DNA of 62,829 bases, taken from assembly GCF_001194135.2 (NCBI RefSeq), contig NC_068991.1, positions 30,080,856-30,143,684 of the forward strand, read 5' to 3'. Origin of the DNA: Octopus bimaculoides. Lineage: Eukaryota. The notes beneath the pieces were generated by a model that was given only the letters and a program-made list of their open reading frames with translations, did no database searches and was not told where the DNA came from. This document shows positions 1-11,928 of the stretch, piece after piece (positions within the stretch are counted from its first letter, which is position 1; each line of letters begins with the position of its first letter). Position numbers and translations under genes: made by a program.

Positions 1-105
1 GTGCTTCGCAACAAAATTATTTAAAAATTCCAACAAAATGTGGACAGTAAATGGTCAAATAAACGTTTACCTTCGCAGCCGATGTGACAGCACGTCCGTG
101 AGAAG

Positions 106-166
<61 letters not shown>
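106..166. repeat. (AGAT)n microsatellite
   Basis: About 15 perfect AGAT units visible directly. Confidence 0.97.
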
Positions 167-167
<1 letters not shown>

Positions 168-215
168 GTATTGAACTTTAAGATGCGAAAATAAAGCTCT
201 GTAAATAATTTCCCG

Positions 216-348
216 TTAGGTAAATGGACTGCGATGGATTGGCGTCCCGTCCAGATGCGGGGAGCACATACGCCATAGAAACCGAGAAACCGGGCCCATG
301 AACCTGGCTAGGCTTGAAAAGGGCGCATAAAAATAATAATAAAAAAGG
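216..348 (+). mobile_element. SINE 3' fragment (V-SINE-like body)
   Basis: GCGATGGATTGGCGTCCCGTCCAG resembles the GATGGACTGGCGxCCxGTCCAG motif of V-type SINE bodies and is followed by an A/AAT-rich tail. Family assignment is from memory only. Confidence 0.45.
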
Positions 349-849
349 TAAATGGAAAAAAATTTGTATAACAAAACAGATTTGAAGTTTACACCGGAAA
401 CCCCAAACGGGAAAGGGCCTTTAATTGTTGGCAAGAGCAGCAGAGTGGCAACATTTTAAAGTAGAGTGTTAATCGTGGAAAGCTGATGGCAGAACTGGTG
501 GAGTGTCGTACAAAATATTGTGATGAATTTAGTTACACTTTTTGACATTCTGATTTCAGTTGTTACCAAAGTCACTGTTACGTTTCATTCTTTCGGTGTT
601 GTTAAATGTAACACTCAAGGACTGGGCTGGAGTCAAGGGCACAGGCTAATCCCTCCTCCAAATTTAAGGCCTTCTGTCTATATTAGACACTGTTGTTATT
701 GATCAAGGATGTTGATGGTAGAATCTGTGGAGTGTCGTACAAAATTTGATTAAGGTATTTAATAGCAGTCCTCTATGTTCTGAGACAAGATCAAATCCCA
801 TCGTAGACAACTTTACCTTTCATTCATCTGGGGTCGACAAGAGAAAATA

Positions 850-1135
850 TCCTCTGTCTCCCGCTACATGATCCAACCAGGGCTTTACTTTCATTCAGCG
901 CAGGAGCTCCGGGCTGGAAGAAGCCTCGAGACAGGCCCCGCATCAGATAGCTGGACGTGATTGGGACTGATCTCTAGTGGCATGACGTCATCTTCAAAAA
1001 CGAAGAGGGCTGGCATAGGACCGCCTGCGATGGAGAGCACTGGTGGACCTGGTCGGCTCTGCGCATGATGACGTCTCTGAGATCTCTAACCTGGGAGGGC
1101 CCAGCCTCATCAAGCAATAGCATGAAACAAGCAAG
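850..1135 (+). mobile_element. RTE-clade LINE, 3' end of ORF (pseudogenised)
   Basis: Frame reads LPLHDPTRALLSFSAGAPGWKKPRDRPRIR*LDVIGTDL...ACDGEHW. This matches the RTE C-terminal GWKRPRGRPRxRWLD..DL...DRxxW pattern, with internal stops. Confidence 0.8.
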
Positions 1136-1210
1136 CAAGCACAAAAGCAAGCAAGCAGACAAGCAAGCAGACAAGCAAGCAGACAAGCAAGCAGACAAGC
1201 AAGCAAGACA
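1136..1210 (+). repeat. (GCAA)n / (GCAAGCAGACAA)n tandem tail of the RTE fragment
   Basis: A 12-bp unit repeated 4-5 times immediately 3' of the RTE remnant; RTE elements end in short tandem repeats. Confidence 0.7.
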
Positions 1211-1304
1211 AATACCAGAGGTTGGTGTGACCAACTAAATTTCTCCCCACAAATTTCTGGCTTTGTGCCTATGTTAGAAACAATTAGTACTATTGACCAC
1301 CTTT

Positions 1305-1460
1305 GAGAATCGGTGGAGAGCCGGTTAAGCGCTGAGTTCAAATCTCACTCAGCTCAATTTTGCTTTTCCTCTTTCAGAGGCCGATAAAATGAAATATCTG
1401 TCAAATACCGGGATTTATATAATCGGCTAAACAAACCTCTTCCTATGAATTATTGTCCTT
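1305..1460 (+). mobile_element. SINE family A, degenerate copy
   Basis: GAGTTCAAATCTC B-box-like motif followed by TTTGCTTTTCCTCTTTCAGAGGCCGATAAAAT, a diverged version of the family A core. Confidence 0.6.
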
Positions 1461-1732
1461 CCCCTATACACGAAACGTTCATCGTCATTATTCAACAGCG
1501 ACGCTAAGATTTGATTGTTCGTCGTATAAAATGTCGGCGTTTTCTTCTCGTTCCAAATTCAAAATCTGTTAAGGTCAACATTATCATTCGTCTATCTAGG
1601 GTCGATGAATAAAATATTCATCAGCTATACATTGGGGCGTATCTTATATACAACTTTCTTCTTCTTCTCGTTTATCTTCACCACAACTTTTTCTTCTCCT
1701 TGTCCTTCCCCTTTTACTCCTCCTCCTCCACA

Positions 1733-1801
1733 TCTTCTTCTTCTTCTTCTTCTTCTTCTTCTTCTTCTTCTTCTTCTTCTTCTTCTTCTTCTTCTTCTTC
1801 T
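1733..1801. repeat. (CTT)n microsatellite
   Basis: About 22 perfect CTT units. Confidence 0.97.
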
Positions 1802-1979
1802 CCCTTTCCCCTCTTGCTCCAATAACGTTTAGTGTTGAAACGTAAAAATAAATCTTTAAGTGTTTTTAAGAAAGAAAAATTATAACAAATTGATAAATAT
1901 AAATAAATATAAATAAATAGCGAATTTCACAAAAACTGAAATATAATTTGGATTTGGCAAACTAAATTTAGTTCCAGTA

Positions 1980-2500
1980 GATTGTTGTTGTAGTGGTGTA
2001 TGTCGTTGCTGCTGACGTTGATGCAGTTCTTTGTTGTGGTTGTTATAGTTACTAATGTTGCTGCTACTGCTGCTGCTGTTGTTGCTGTAACTGTTGTTGT
2101 TGTTGATGCTGTTGTTGTTGTTGTTGTTGTTGTTGCTGTTATTGTTCTTGTTTGTTGTGGTTGTTAGTGTTACTGTTGTTTGTTGTTGTTGCTGTTGTTG
2201 ATCTAGTTGTTCGTGTTGATGTCGTTCTTGTTGCTGTTGCCGTTTTTGTTGACGCCGTTGGCTTTAAGAAAGTTAAATTATGTTTCATTTAATCTTTTCA
2301 AAAATTAAATAAAACAGTTGAGAAATTAACAAAAATAAACAACAAAAACAACATCATCATCATCATCATCAACAGCAACGATATTTAAACCAACGCCAAC
2401 ATCCTCAACGAGAGCAATAGCAAAACCAACAACAACAACAGCTACTACAACATCAATATAAAGAACAAAATCAAAAACATCAGACGCAACACGATGAAAG
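1980..2500. repeat. degenerate (GTT/GCT)n block followed by (AAC/ATC)n block
   Basis: Low-complexity trinucleotide sequence. Confidence 0.85.
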
Positions 2501-2825
2501 TCTTATGACCGCTGCATTAGAAAATGTCTAGACACGAAGATATGTAGTTCAGCAAATCTTCGAAAACATGAAATGTATATGACTCACGCAGATTCAGTTA
2601 TATGAGGCGTGTGTGTACGTGTGTGTATGTATGTGTATGTGTATGTATATATGTATATATATATATATATATATGTATGCATATATGTATACATATATAT
2701 ATATACGTATTTATGTATATAAAGGAATATACATCCAAATNNNNNNNNNNNNNNNNNNNNNNNNNNNNNNNNNNNNNNNNNNNNNNNNNNNNNNNNNNNN
2801 NNNNNNNNTATATATATACATGTGT

Positions 2826-2866
<41 letters not shown>

Positions 2867-3242
2867 TGTGTGTGTATACACACACATGTGTAGTGTAATG
2901 ACAAGAAACATAAAAGAAAAAACAAAGTTTGACTAATAGGATCGTATTAGTTAATGCTTCATTGGGATAATGTCTTAACGTTTTGGACATTCGTTCTTTC
3001 ATCAGTAGAGAAGCATAAAAAGAATGCGAAAGAGGAATAGATAGCGAGTGTATTATACAGAAAATGAGGGTTAGTCACCAAGGACGAAAGAGAATGTTGT
3101 TCTGTGAGTGGGGCGGGTTAGTGAAGATGGAAACATGCATAACTGTACACACGCAGATATACGTATATATGTTATTATATATATGAATATACGTATATGT
3201 ATACGTGTATGTATATACATATACATAAATACACATGTATGC

Positions 3243-3281
<39 letters not shown>

Positions 3282-3666
3282 TGTGTGTGTGTGTGTGTTT
3301 GTGTACGTATAGACATAGGCAGACACATATATGCATAAAGTAGTTAAATGTAGTTCATTTAAGCAAGATATTTTACCACTGAGAGTGCACAGCGAAGCAA
3401 CAGTATAGTCAAGCCTATAACTCGACGTGTAAACGAATTACCTTATCGGGAAGAATGATTTTCAGCAATATCACTAGAGAAAATAGGGTATATTTACCCA
3501 AAGTTACCATTAAAAGGATCTAGAGTTTTAGACCACAAATCACTTCGTCAGTTGGTGCTGAACTAAAGAGTAACTATATATGCATATATATGTACCTGTG
3601 TGTGTGTTTGCGTGTGTGTGAGCGCGCACGAGCGTGCATATATACCTAGATATATATATATCAATA

Positions 3667-4031
3667 TGGTTAGGGCAGCAGACTCGAGGTCATAGGGTCG
3701 CGGTTTCAATTCCCAGACCGGGTGTTGTGAGTGTTTATTGAGCGAAAACACCTAAAGCTCCACGAGGCTCTGGCAGGGGATGGTGGCGAACCCTGCTGTA
3801 CTCTCTCACCACAACTTTCTCTCACTCTTACTTCTTGTTTCTGTTGTGCCTGTAATTCAAAGGTCAGCCTTGTCACAGTGTCACACTGAATATTCCCGAG
3901 AGCTACGTTAAGGGTACACGTGTCTGTGGAGTGCTCAACCACTTGCATGTTAATTTCACGAGCAGGCTGTTCCGTTGATCGGATCAACTGGAACCCTCGA
4001 CGTCGTAAGCGACGGATTGCCAGCAACAACA
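3667..4031 (+). mobile_element. tRNA-derived SINE family C, near full length
   Basis: tRNA-like head TGGTTAGGGCAGCAGACTCG...GGTTTCAATTCCC (A/B boxes), ~300 bp unique body, and a 3' (CAA)n tail. Confidence 0.8.
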
Positions 4032-4049
4032 ATATATTAATTTATATAT

Positions 4050-4106
4050 TTTCTTATTTTATTCTTTTACTTGTTTCAGTTATTTGACTGTGGCCACGCT
4101 GGAGTA
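4050..4106 (-). mobile_element. SINE family B, 3' end fragment
   Basis: Reverse complement CTCCAGCGTGGCCACAGTCAAATAACTGAAACAAGTAAAAGAATAAAA matches the 3' end of the copies at 11661-11870 and 33101-33305. Confidence 0.75.
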
Positions 4107-4305
4107 CATTACAATTGCAATCTGTGAGTGGAACAGTAAAGTTATTCAAGACTCTTCTCAAGTTCCAAATGTGAATTTGTCTGTGTTAACTACATCCAAA
4201 AAGGAGCCATGGAAACTGGCTCCGTCCTTTGTCGAAGATTTATAATGATCAAAAAATAGAAGATACATGCATATGTGTGTGTATGTATGTACTGTATATA
4301 TGTAT

Positions 4306-4336
<31 letters not shown>

Positions 4337-4480
4337 CATACAGACATACAGACATACATAAACATACATATATATATATATAATAATATTAGGGAGAAGA
4401 TCCAAATTATAGGTAAAAACTCAATTAAAATCAATTTATAAAAAATTAAAATTAATTTACTTGGTTCTTTTCCCTAAAAC

Positions 4481-4536
<56 letters not shown>

Positions 4537-4552
4537 AATTGAGAATTTAAAA

Positions 4553-4722
4553 AAAAAGAAGGCGAAGACGGGTGTAAACAACAAACAGATGTATTAGTTT
4601 AACGCTAGGGAAATGAGAAAGTCTTTTACGTTTCGAGCCTACGCTCTTCCACAGAAAGGAACACAGAAATAAACGGAGAGAAAATAGAAAAAAGGTTTAG
4701 TTGCTAGCGATCTATTATGGCG
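4553..4722 (-). mobile_element. short dispersed repeat (Penelope pLTR-like) carrying a hammerhead-like motif at 4623-4658
   Basis: Near-identical to 39259-39395. The minus strand reads CTTT-CTGTGGA-A-GAGC(GTAG)GCTC-GAAA-CG-TA-AAAG. Confidence 0.75.
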
Positions 4723-5780
4723 TATATATATGACTGTGTGCGTATTGTGCCTATATACACTCAAATCTACTTATATGCATGCATATATGTGTGTGAGTCT
4801 GTATGCATATATGTTGGTACAAAAATATATAATTTAGTAAGTTTTAATGTAACATAATGTAGAAATTTTAATTATAATTATTCCCGAAAATGCACATATA
4901 TATGCATACACTCATGTTTACAATTATCCATAAAATCACCAATCCATACATATATATATATATATATGCGTACATATCTACACGCTTACATACACATTCA
5001 TTGAACCAACCAATCATACATACAACCATACTTGCAAAAATACACACACATACATACAAACATGCATACATATATGCTGACATGCAAACGTACGCACACA
5101 TGCAAATATCCACGCATACATTTATATTATGCACATCTACACTCACATTCTATAAAAACAGCTGTAATTAACATAATTCCCTAATGTCTTAAAACACGAA
5201 ATTTACATATTTCTGCATTAACTAATCTGGTGGGAGGCTGAAGATTTTGTATATTTTCTCGTCTTATTTTTTATATTTATCATCTTAATTTTGATTCAAT
5301 TTAAATCCAGCCAATTAATATTAATATATTCGTGCTTATTAATGTTAACATTGCACAGGCCAATTTTTAATATCTATAATTCTACACGTTCATGCGGGCC
5401 TGTCTATTTTCGTCCGTGTGTTACGCGTACGCCAAGGGAGGTAATAACTCGAATGGAGAAATATATAGAGATAAAGATGATGGAGAAGACGAGACAAAGA
5501 GAGGAAAGGAAATAGTGAAGTCAGTAAATTAATAGAAAGAGAAAACAAGGGAGAGAAATGTTTAATATAATGAAACAATGTCGTGAAGATCTCTAAGTTT
5601 TTATACTAAAAGAATTATCGATAGATACTTAATTTAAAATCTAATAACCTTATCAAACATAGCTATGGATATTACACTTTTATCTTTTACGCGTTAAAGA
5701 TCAAACTCTGTGGTCATGTTAGGTTTAAATGTTTATCGGTATTACGAGAGTAGACAGATACATCGGAAGAAGATAGCTAA

Positions 5781-5810
5781 TTAGATAGACAGACAGACAG
5801 ACAGACAAAC

Positions 5811-5861
<51 letters not shown>

Positions 5862-5862
5862 C

Positions 5863-5903
<41 letters not shown>

Positions 5904-5918
5904 TACAGACAGACAGAC

Positions 5919-5963
<45 letters not shown>
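5781..5963. repeat. compound (GATA)n/(GACA)n microsatellite
   Basis: Visible directly. Confidence 0.97.
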
Positions 5964-5965
<2 letters not shown>

Positions 5966-6144
5966 GCTGGCAGAAACGTTAGCACGCCGGGCGAAATGCT
6001 TAGCGGTATTTCGCCTGCCGTTACGTACTGAATTCAAATTCCGTGGAGGCCGACTTTGTCTTTTATCCTTTCGGGGTCGATAGATTAAGTACCAGTTACG
6101 CACTGGGGTCGATGTAATCGACATACTCCCTTTGTCTGTCCTTG
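5964..6144 (+). mobile_element. tRNA-derived SINE family A, interrupted at its 3' end by a Penelope-like element
   Basis: GAGCTGGCAGAAACGTTAGCACGCCGGGCG...GAATTCAAATTCC...CCTTTCGGGGTCGATAGATTAAGTACCAG...GGGGTCGATGTAATCGAC; aligns to 41338-41550. Confidence 0.9.
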
Positions 6145-6218
6145 CATTTGTAGATCCATTATTTAGGCAGCATGGTATACGTACAAGATTCCAATACATT
6201 GTGAGTAAAATCCAATAG

Positions 6219-6575
6219 TATCTAAAAGTCCTTAATCTATTACACAACTCTACAGCCATAAACATAGGGTCAACCAAAGATTTTAAGCAACGATATGCCG
6301 CTCACCTCCATTCATTTAGATACGATAAACATAGTAAATCTACAACACCCGCCAACCGCATACATCATCTTAAAAATACAAATATATTCTTTACTCAATC
6401 ACGGTCCATACTGGACTCAGGTCAACGCTCAACCTGCAAATTTTGCCTGAAGGAAGCACTTCACATATTAAAGCACAAGTCTCCAGAACTGCTAAATAAA
6501 CATAATGAAGCACTAAGCACATGCAACCACCGCTTTTTCACACATTCAAATTCTACCACAAATCTAAATGCCTAA
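6219..6575 (+). pseudogene. PLE GIY-YIG endonuclease C-terminal part
   Basis: Open, Met-less frame (so absent from the ORF track); YIG is mutated to NIG; stop TAA at 6573-6575. Confidence 0.85.
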
Positions 6576-7664
6576 ACGACGATACAGTATATTTCCACAA
6601 TACCTCTTAGGTAATCCCAATAATCATATATATAACCTTGTATATATATATATAAATCTGCATTTTAACTTTTTATCCCTTTCTACATTCATCACTCATA
6701 CTCGAATATCACAGCCATCTATTTATATTCGTGTGTATGTGCGTGCATGCACATGTGCGTGTATATGTATTGTGTGTATGCGTGTATGTATGTATGTGTG
6801 TATGTGTGAATGTATGTATGTATGCAAGGTATGTATACCTGCGTATACAGGGGCAATAATACATACAGATACACGTATATATGAGTGTGCATGTGTACAT
6901 ATACACATGAGTACGAGTTGTATATGTAGATATTGATATATATAAACATATGTATAAATATATATATACATGTCTAATATATACATATGTATACATCTTC
7001 ACATATTTTCTTCTATTACTAAGCACTGACCTGCCCAACCACCTAATCTATATTCCTAAATTCTTCATTCCATACTACTACCCCTCTCTCTGCCCCATCA
7101 CTTAGACTCTATCACTATATAACTGACGCTCCTTTACTGTTTATACCTCTCTCAATCTCTCTATCACCCCCATTCCTTCTATCTTTTTACATTCTAATAC
7201 CTTTCTTTCTCTATCACCCTCATCTCCCCATTCCTACTTTCAAATTATCTTGACTGACCACTAACTGGTACACTTTCCCTTATTATCTCTCTCTTTGTTT
7301 TTCTTTTTCTTTATTCTTATCTCCCTGTTTTTTCTTTTTTCTTTTTTTTTTCTTCTCTCTTTTTTTTAAATTTCTGTCTTTTCTTTATTCCTCTCTTCTT
7401 GTTTTCGATTTGTCCTTACAAATACATTCCCTACATTTAGGTCACTTTAAATAAAACCCTCGATTCAATAGCACTGTGTACAAGCTTTATACTTGGAATG
7501 ACCAATTTTAGATACTATTGGATTTTACTTACAAGGTATTGACTAAATAATGGATCTACAAATGGAATATCCCTGTACATCTCACATCTATTTTCATTCC
7601 TCCACTTCACTCTCTATTTCGTATCTTATCTAAATTAACTATTGCTTAACCATTCTCTCACACC

Positions 7665-7712
7665 GTCCCTCAGGACGGGATATAATAAATATCCTGGAAA
7701 CAGCTGTAAGAC
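7665..7712 (+). ncRNA. type I hammerhead ribozyme remnant (G5 to C in this copy)
   Basis: GTCC-CTCAGGA-[CGGGATAT aataa ATATCCTG]-GAA-ACAGCTGT-A-AGAC. It has an 8-bp stem II, a palindromic stem III ACAGCTGT, a GUA cleavage triplet and stem I GTC/GAC. Confidence 0.7.
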
Positions 7713-7922
7713 CTATTTATAAATGTTCTAAAATCTTCACAACCTTGGTTTTTTAATCTCATTCTGAAAAAGAAAATTGTATATACACATGCTGATATAT
7801 GACCTACGTTGGACGCCTTATTAGCATAATCACCGAACCTGGAGCTTAACTATGGTCATCCATAGCACTTACTCAGCTTTACCTGACACCTTTGGGTCAT
7901 ACTGACACCATTACTTCTCATA

Positions 7923-8000
<78 letters not shown>

Positions 8001-9119
8001 NNNNNNNNNNNNNNNNNNNNNNNNNNNNNNNNNNNNNNNNNNNNNNNNNNNNNNNNNNNNNNNNNNNNNNNNNNNNNNNNNNNNNNNNNNNNNNNNNNNN
8101 NNNNNNNNNNNNNNNNNNNNNNNNNNNNNNNNNNNNNNNNNNNNNNNNNNNNNNNNNNNNNNNNNNNNNNNNNNNNNNNNNNNNNNNNNNNNNNNNNNNN
8201 NNNNNNNNNNNNNNNNNNNNNNNNNNNNNNNNNNNNNNNNNNNNNNNNNNNNNNNNNNNNNNNNNNNNNNNNNNNNNNNNNNNNNNNNNNNNNNNNNNNN
8301 NNNNNNNNNNNNNNNNNNNNNNNNNNATATATATATATATATATATACAAAGCAATGAACGACATTCTGAAGACATGCAGGAAATGCAAATGGAGTGATA
8401 TTATGAGACACTCAAAATTCATGATAGAAACGCAGAGCAATATTCTCAGAAGGGATCTTCAAAAATGATATCCATAAAAATCTATTTGAAACTGAATTTT
8501 GTAGAATCATATTACCTCCTCCTGAAAGCACGAATACAGTTAGTACTTCTATATTTAGTTTAAAAGTGGACATGAAGAAAGACTTTTATTGTGCGTCTAG
8601 AACATGCTCACGTATTTTATTATCTCTTGTTAAATCTAGCGATACAGTGAAGAAAATAATAGCGAACTAATTTTAACTAATAGCCAATATCATTTCATCC
8701 CAAACACTGCAGTGTATGTTTCAAACATAAACATATAATCTCAAGTGAAATTATTTATACCAACCAAAAACTTTAAACCTTATTCTTGTATTTCTCTCTA
8801 AATAGGTTAGAAATCTGTCGTCCACATCTTAATCACCCAATGAGGTTTTTATCACGAAATAAGGAAAAAAATGTATGACTAATTCTTTCAATGATTTGGA
8901 GAGGTAACAGAAGAGTTTAAAAGTTTCACTTGTAATTATTAGAATATTCTAAGTCAACATGGTGGTTCTGTGATAATCTGGTAGATTTGCTAAGTTAAAG
9001 TGTCAAGTTTCACCTCTGTCAGTAAGTCCACACCTTATCGACAACGTGACGGGAGTGACCAAATAGGACTATAAGGAACCATAAACCTGTCAGTAAATGT
9101 ATAAACTCTTACAGAGAAG

Positions 9120-9390
9120 CTTTATCTCTGTAATCACACCCTACTGTTTTAAAGAGAAGAATTCATTGGATTAAGTGGCTCTGTAAGGACATGATGGAAA
9201 TAGCAGACAAATTTGCTGTAAATCGCATACCCTAGCGTGCATATTGTATAATGTAATTCTAGACAGATAACCTCTGACAAAACGGAAAAACACGATGGTC
9301 AAGGCTATGATTTTGATCGTAGGTTTACTCAACTGAAGCTGACTTAGTGCTGTCTAAAGCAACAACATTAAGAGCAACAACAACAGTACA
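9120..9390 (+). mobile_element. degenerate interspersed repeat (SINE-like, family D)
   Basis: AATCACACCCTACTG...GGTCAAGGCTATGATTTTGATCGTAGG...GCTGAC...(CAA)n tail; a related diverged copy lies at 56245-56430. Confidence 0.45.
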
Positions 9391-9827
9391 TTATCTAATA
9401 TAGAAACATGGTCGCGCATCTTGGAAATAGCAGCCAAAAAGTCGCACACCCAAGTAAAAACTTAGATAATATAGAGCTAGAGACAGATGACTGAAAAATA
9501 AAGTCACACTGGTAAAGACTGGAACACCTTCATTCATAAGTCTGCTCAATCATAGTTTGGTTGAATTACAAGACCAGCTGCACCAATAATCTCTATATTT
9601 ACTCCCTTAACAGGATCCACTTGTATATTACACTAATGTATTTGCTCCCCACCCCTCTGTATTTGGTCTTCAATCAAATCCTCTAATACTGAGACGTTGA
9701 AATCCCAACTGAATGAAACACAGGTAACGTATTTTGGGTGACAGGTGGCATAATCTTTACAGGGCAGAAACATAATATACCTTTGGCGACATAAACATGG
9801 AACGATAATCGATAGCACTTGACTGGC

Positions 9828-9950
9828 ACATCATTTTATTGACATTGAAAGGATAACAGGCAAAGCTTGATTTGAACTCAGAATATAAGGAGCCATAGAT
9901 AGTCTGTAAAGCATTTTGTCCACCGTCTTAACGATTCTGCCAATCCACGC
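9828..9950 (-). mobile_element. SINE family A, degenerate
   Basis: TTTATTGACATTGAAAGGATAACAGGCAAAG...TTTGAACTCAGAA...AAGCATTTTGTCC...AACGATTCTGCCA is the reverse complement of the family A head and core. Confidence 0.7.
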
Positions 9951-10661
9951 TTTTTGAATTACTTACATTTGTACAGGGTCAGATATTATGACGTGGGAGA
10001 GAGTTAGTCGATTGTATGAGCCCAATCAATTGCTCGATGCTTTATCCTATTGACCCCTGGAAGGATCATAGCAACATTCATCAACTTAAACAAAGTGACC
10101 GTCTAGGAGATTCCGAAGTCATCTGGTGGCCGTGGTTGAAGCCAATGCTGATTTTATTGTATAAAATAACTCTTTAGTATTTGAAGATGTTTTTATGCAA
10201 TTTTGATAAATATATCTGTAAAAATGAGATGTCGATGTTATTTCCATTTTTGCATAATTTAGACGACAATTTANNNNNNNNNNNNNNNNNNNNNNNNNNN
10301 NNNNNNNNNNNNNNNNNNNNNNNNNNNNNNNNNNNNNNNNNNNNNNNNNNNNNNNNNNNNNNNNNNNNNNNNNNNNNNNNNNNNNNNNNNNNNNNNNNNN
10401 NNNNNNNNNNNNNNNNNNNNNNNNNNNNNNNNNNNNNNNNNNNNNNNNNNNNNNNNNNNNNNNNNNNNNNNNNNNNNNNNNNNNNNNNNNNNNNNNNNNN
10501 NNNNNNNNNNNNNNNNNNNNNNNNNNNNNNNNNNNNNNNNNNNNNNNNNNNNNNNNNNNNNNNNNNNNNNNNNNNNNNNNNNNNNNNNNNNNNNNNNNNN
10601 NNNNNNNNNNNNNNNNNNNNNNNNNNNNNNNNNNNNNNNNNNNNNNNNNNNNNNNNNNNNN

Positions 10662-10692
<31 letters not shown>

Positions 10693-11623
10693 AACAAATA
10701 GTGAAAAATTATAAACCCGGGTAAAATACATCATAAGGTTAACAATATTACTTAGATTAGTGAAGAACACTGGGTAATATTGTGGTAGAGTCCAAGGTTA
10801 TGCTTCATCACCATTCTATACTGTAAATCCGTGGATAAACTCCAGACAGAGTGGTTTTTACACAGTGGTATAGAAGAAACAAGTTCAAAATATTAGATAT
10901 TTTTCCATCATTGGAGCAAATTTGGTTTATTGCTGTCTCCAGTAGTCATCATAGGTACATTACTGATAATTTTACTCAATTGGTCTATTGATCAATTGAG
11001 GAAGATTGAACGGCATAAGAAAATGAGTGCTACTTTCATCAGAGCCATTTCTGGTTATATCTAATAGTTAATAATAAAGAGTATGGAGACTTGCATATCC
11101 ATTAAATTTATTTTGTAGTTAAATACAGCATATTATAATCAGTTCACTTCGAAGATGACCAAATAGACGGTTCCTGATGAAACTGCACCGACAATAATGC
11201 AAGGCTACATTTGCAACAGTGAGTAGTCGCTGCAACGGAAATACATGCAGGTCATTATAATATGCTGTATATAACTATAAAATAAATTTTAAGGATGCAT
11301 AAGTTTCCATATTCTTTATTGTTAATATGTACGCCAGACAATTTTTACCGTCCATCGAAGCATACACAGAATTAACTCTGGAAAGAATTCACGGAGTGAT
11401 TAACAAGTTATAGTCACAGACGTTAAATACTGATCGCTGTGGTTAGCCGTTAACTGGAACTTAACTGAGAGCTAATATGGCATCCGCCGAAATAATATAT
11501 CCCTCCAAACTCATATATATACACACACATGCACACGCGCGTGCGGGCTGCTCTATTTACTATTTAGTGGGTTTCATGTGTGTGTGTGTGCGTGTGTGTG
11601 TGCGTGCGTGTGTGTGTGTGTGC

Positions 11624-11660
<37 letters not shown>

Positions 11661-11663
<3 letters not shown>

Positions 11664-11870
11664 TCGTTTGTTTGTCCCCACCATCGCTTGAAAACCGATG
11701 TTGGTGTGTTTATATGTCCGTAACTTAGAGGTTCAGTAAAAGAATTCGATAGAATAAGTACTAGGGTTACAAAGAATAAGTCCTAGGGTCTATTTGTTCG
11801 ACTAAAGGCGGTGTTCCAGCATAGCCGCAGTCAAATGATTGAAACAAATAAAAGAATAAAAGAATAACAA
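11661..11870 (+). mobile_element. SINE family B, 3' half (after internal (TG)n)
   Basis: CCACCATCGCTTGAAAACCGATGTTGGTGTGTTTA...AATAAGTAC...GGGTCTATTTGTTCGACTAAAGGCGGTG...GAAACAAATAAAAGAATAAAAGAATA; shared with four other copies in the window. Confidence 0.9.
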
Positions 11871-11928
11871 TATATATATATATATATATATANNNNNNNN
11901 NNTGTGTGTGTGTGTGTGTGTGTGTGTG

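Larger units (their letters stand above)
6145..7785 (+). mobile_element. Penelope-like retroelement (PLE), 5'-truncated: GIY-YIG endonuclease remnant plus pseudo-LTR
   Basis: Met-less frame 6219-6575 reads [28 protein letters not shown]...IHHLKN...CKFCLKEALHIL...LLNKHNEALSTCNHRF. This is the YIG...FKxRY..H..SF...CxLCxxE...LLNK...CxH pattern of PLE endonucleases. 6145-6227 is an inverted copy of 7506-7564, and there is a hammerhead motif at 7665-7712. Confidence 0.85.

Noticed and set aside
484-747. About 35-bp direct repeat (GATGGxAGAA...GTGGAGTGTCGTACAAAAT) at about 484 and about 714, CRISPR-like at first glance
   Set aside because: Only two imperfect copies about 230 bp apart; they look like decayed SINE heads in a eukaryotic context.
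1980-2500. Apparent large inverted repeat (GTT block vs AAC block)
   Set aside because: Complementary composition only; there is no colinear alignment between the blocks.
3667-3720. tRNA gene candidate
   Set aside because: A/B boxes are present, but I could not fold a complete acceptor stem and it continues into a 300-bp body with a tail; it is a SINE head.
8363-8392. CTGAAGA...GAAA hammerhead-like core
   Set aside because: Stem II has only 1 bp, and there is no stem III, UH triplet or stem I pairing.
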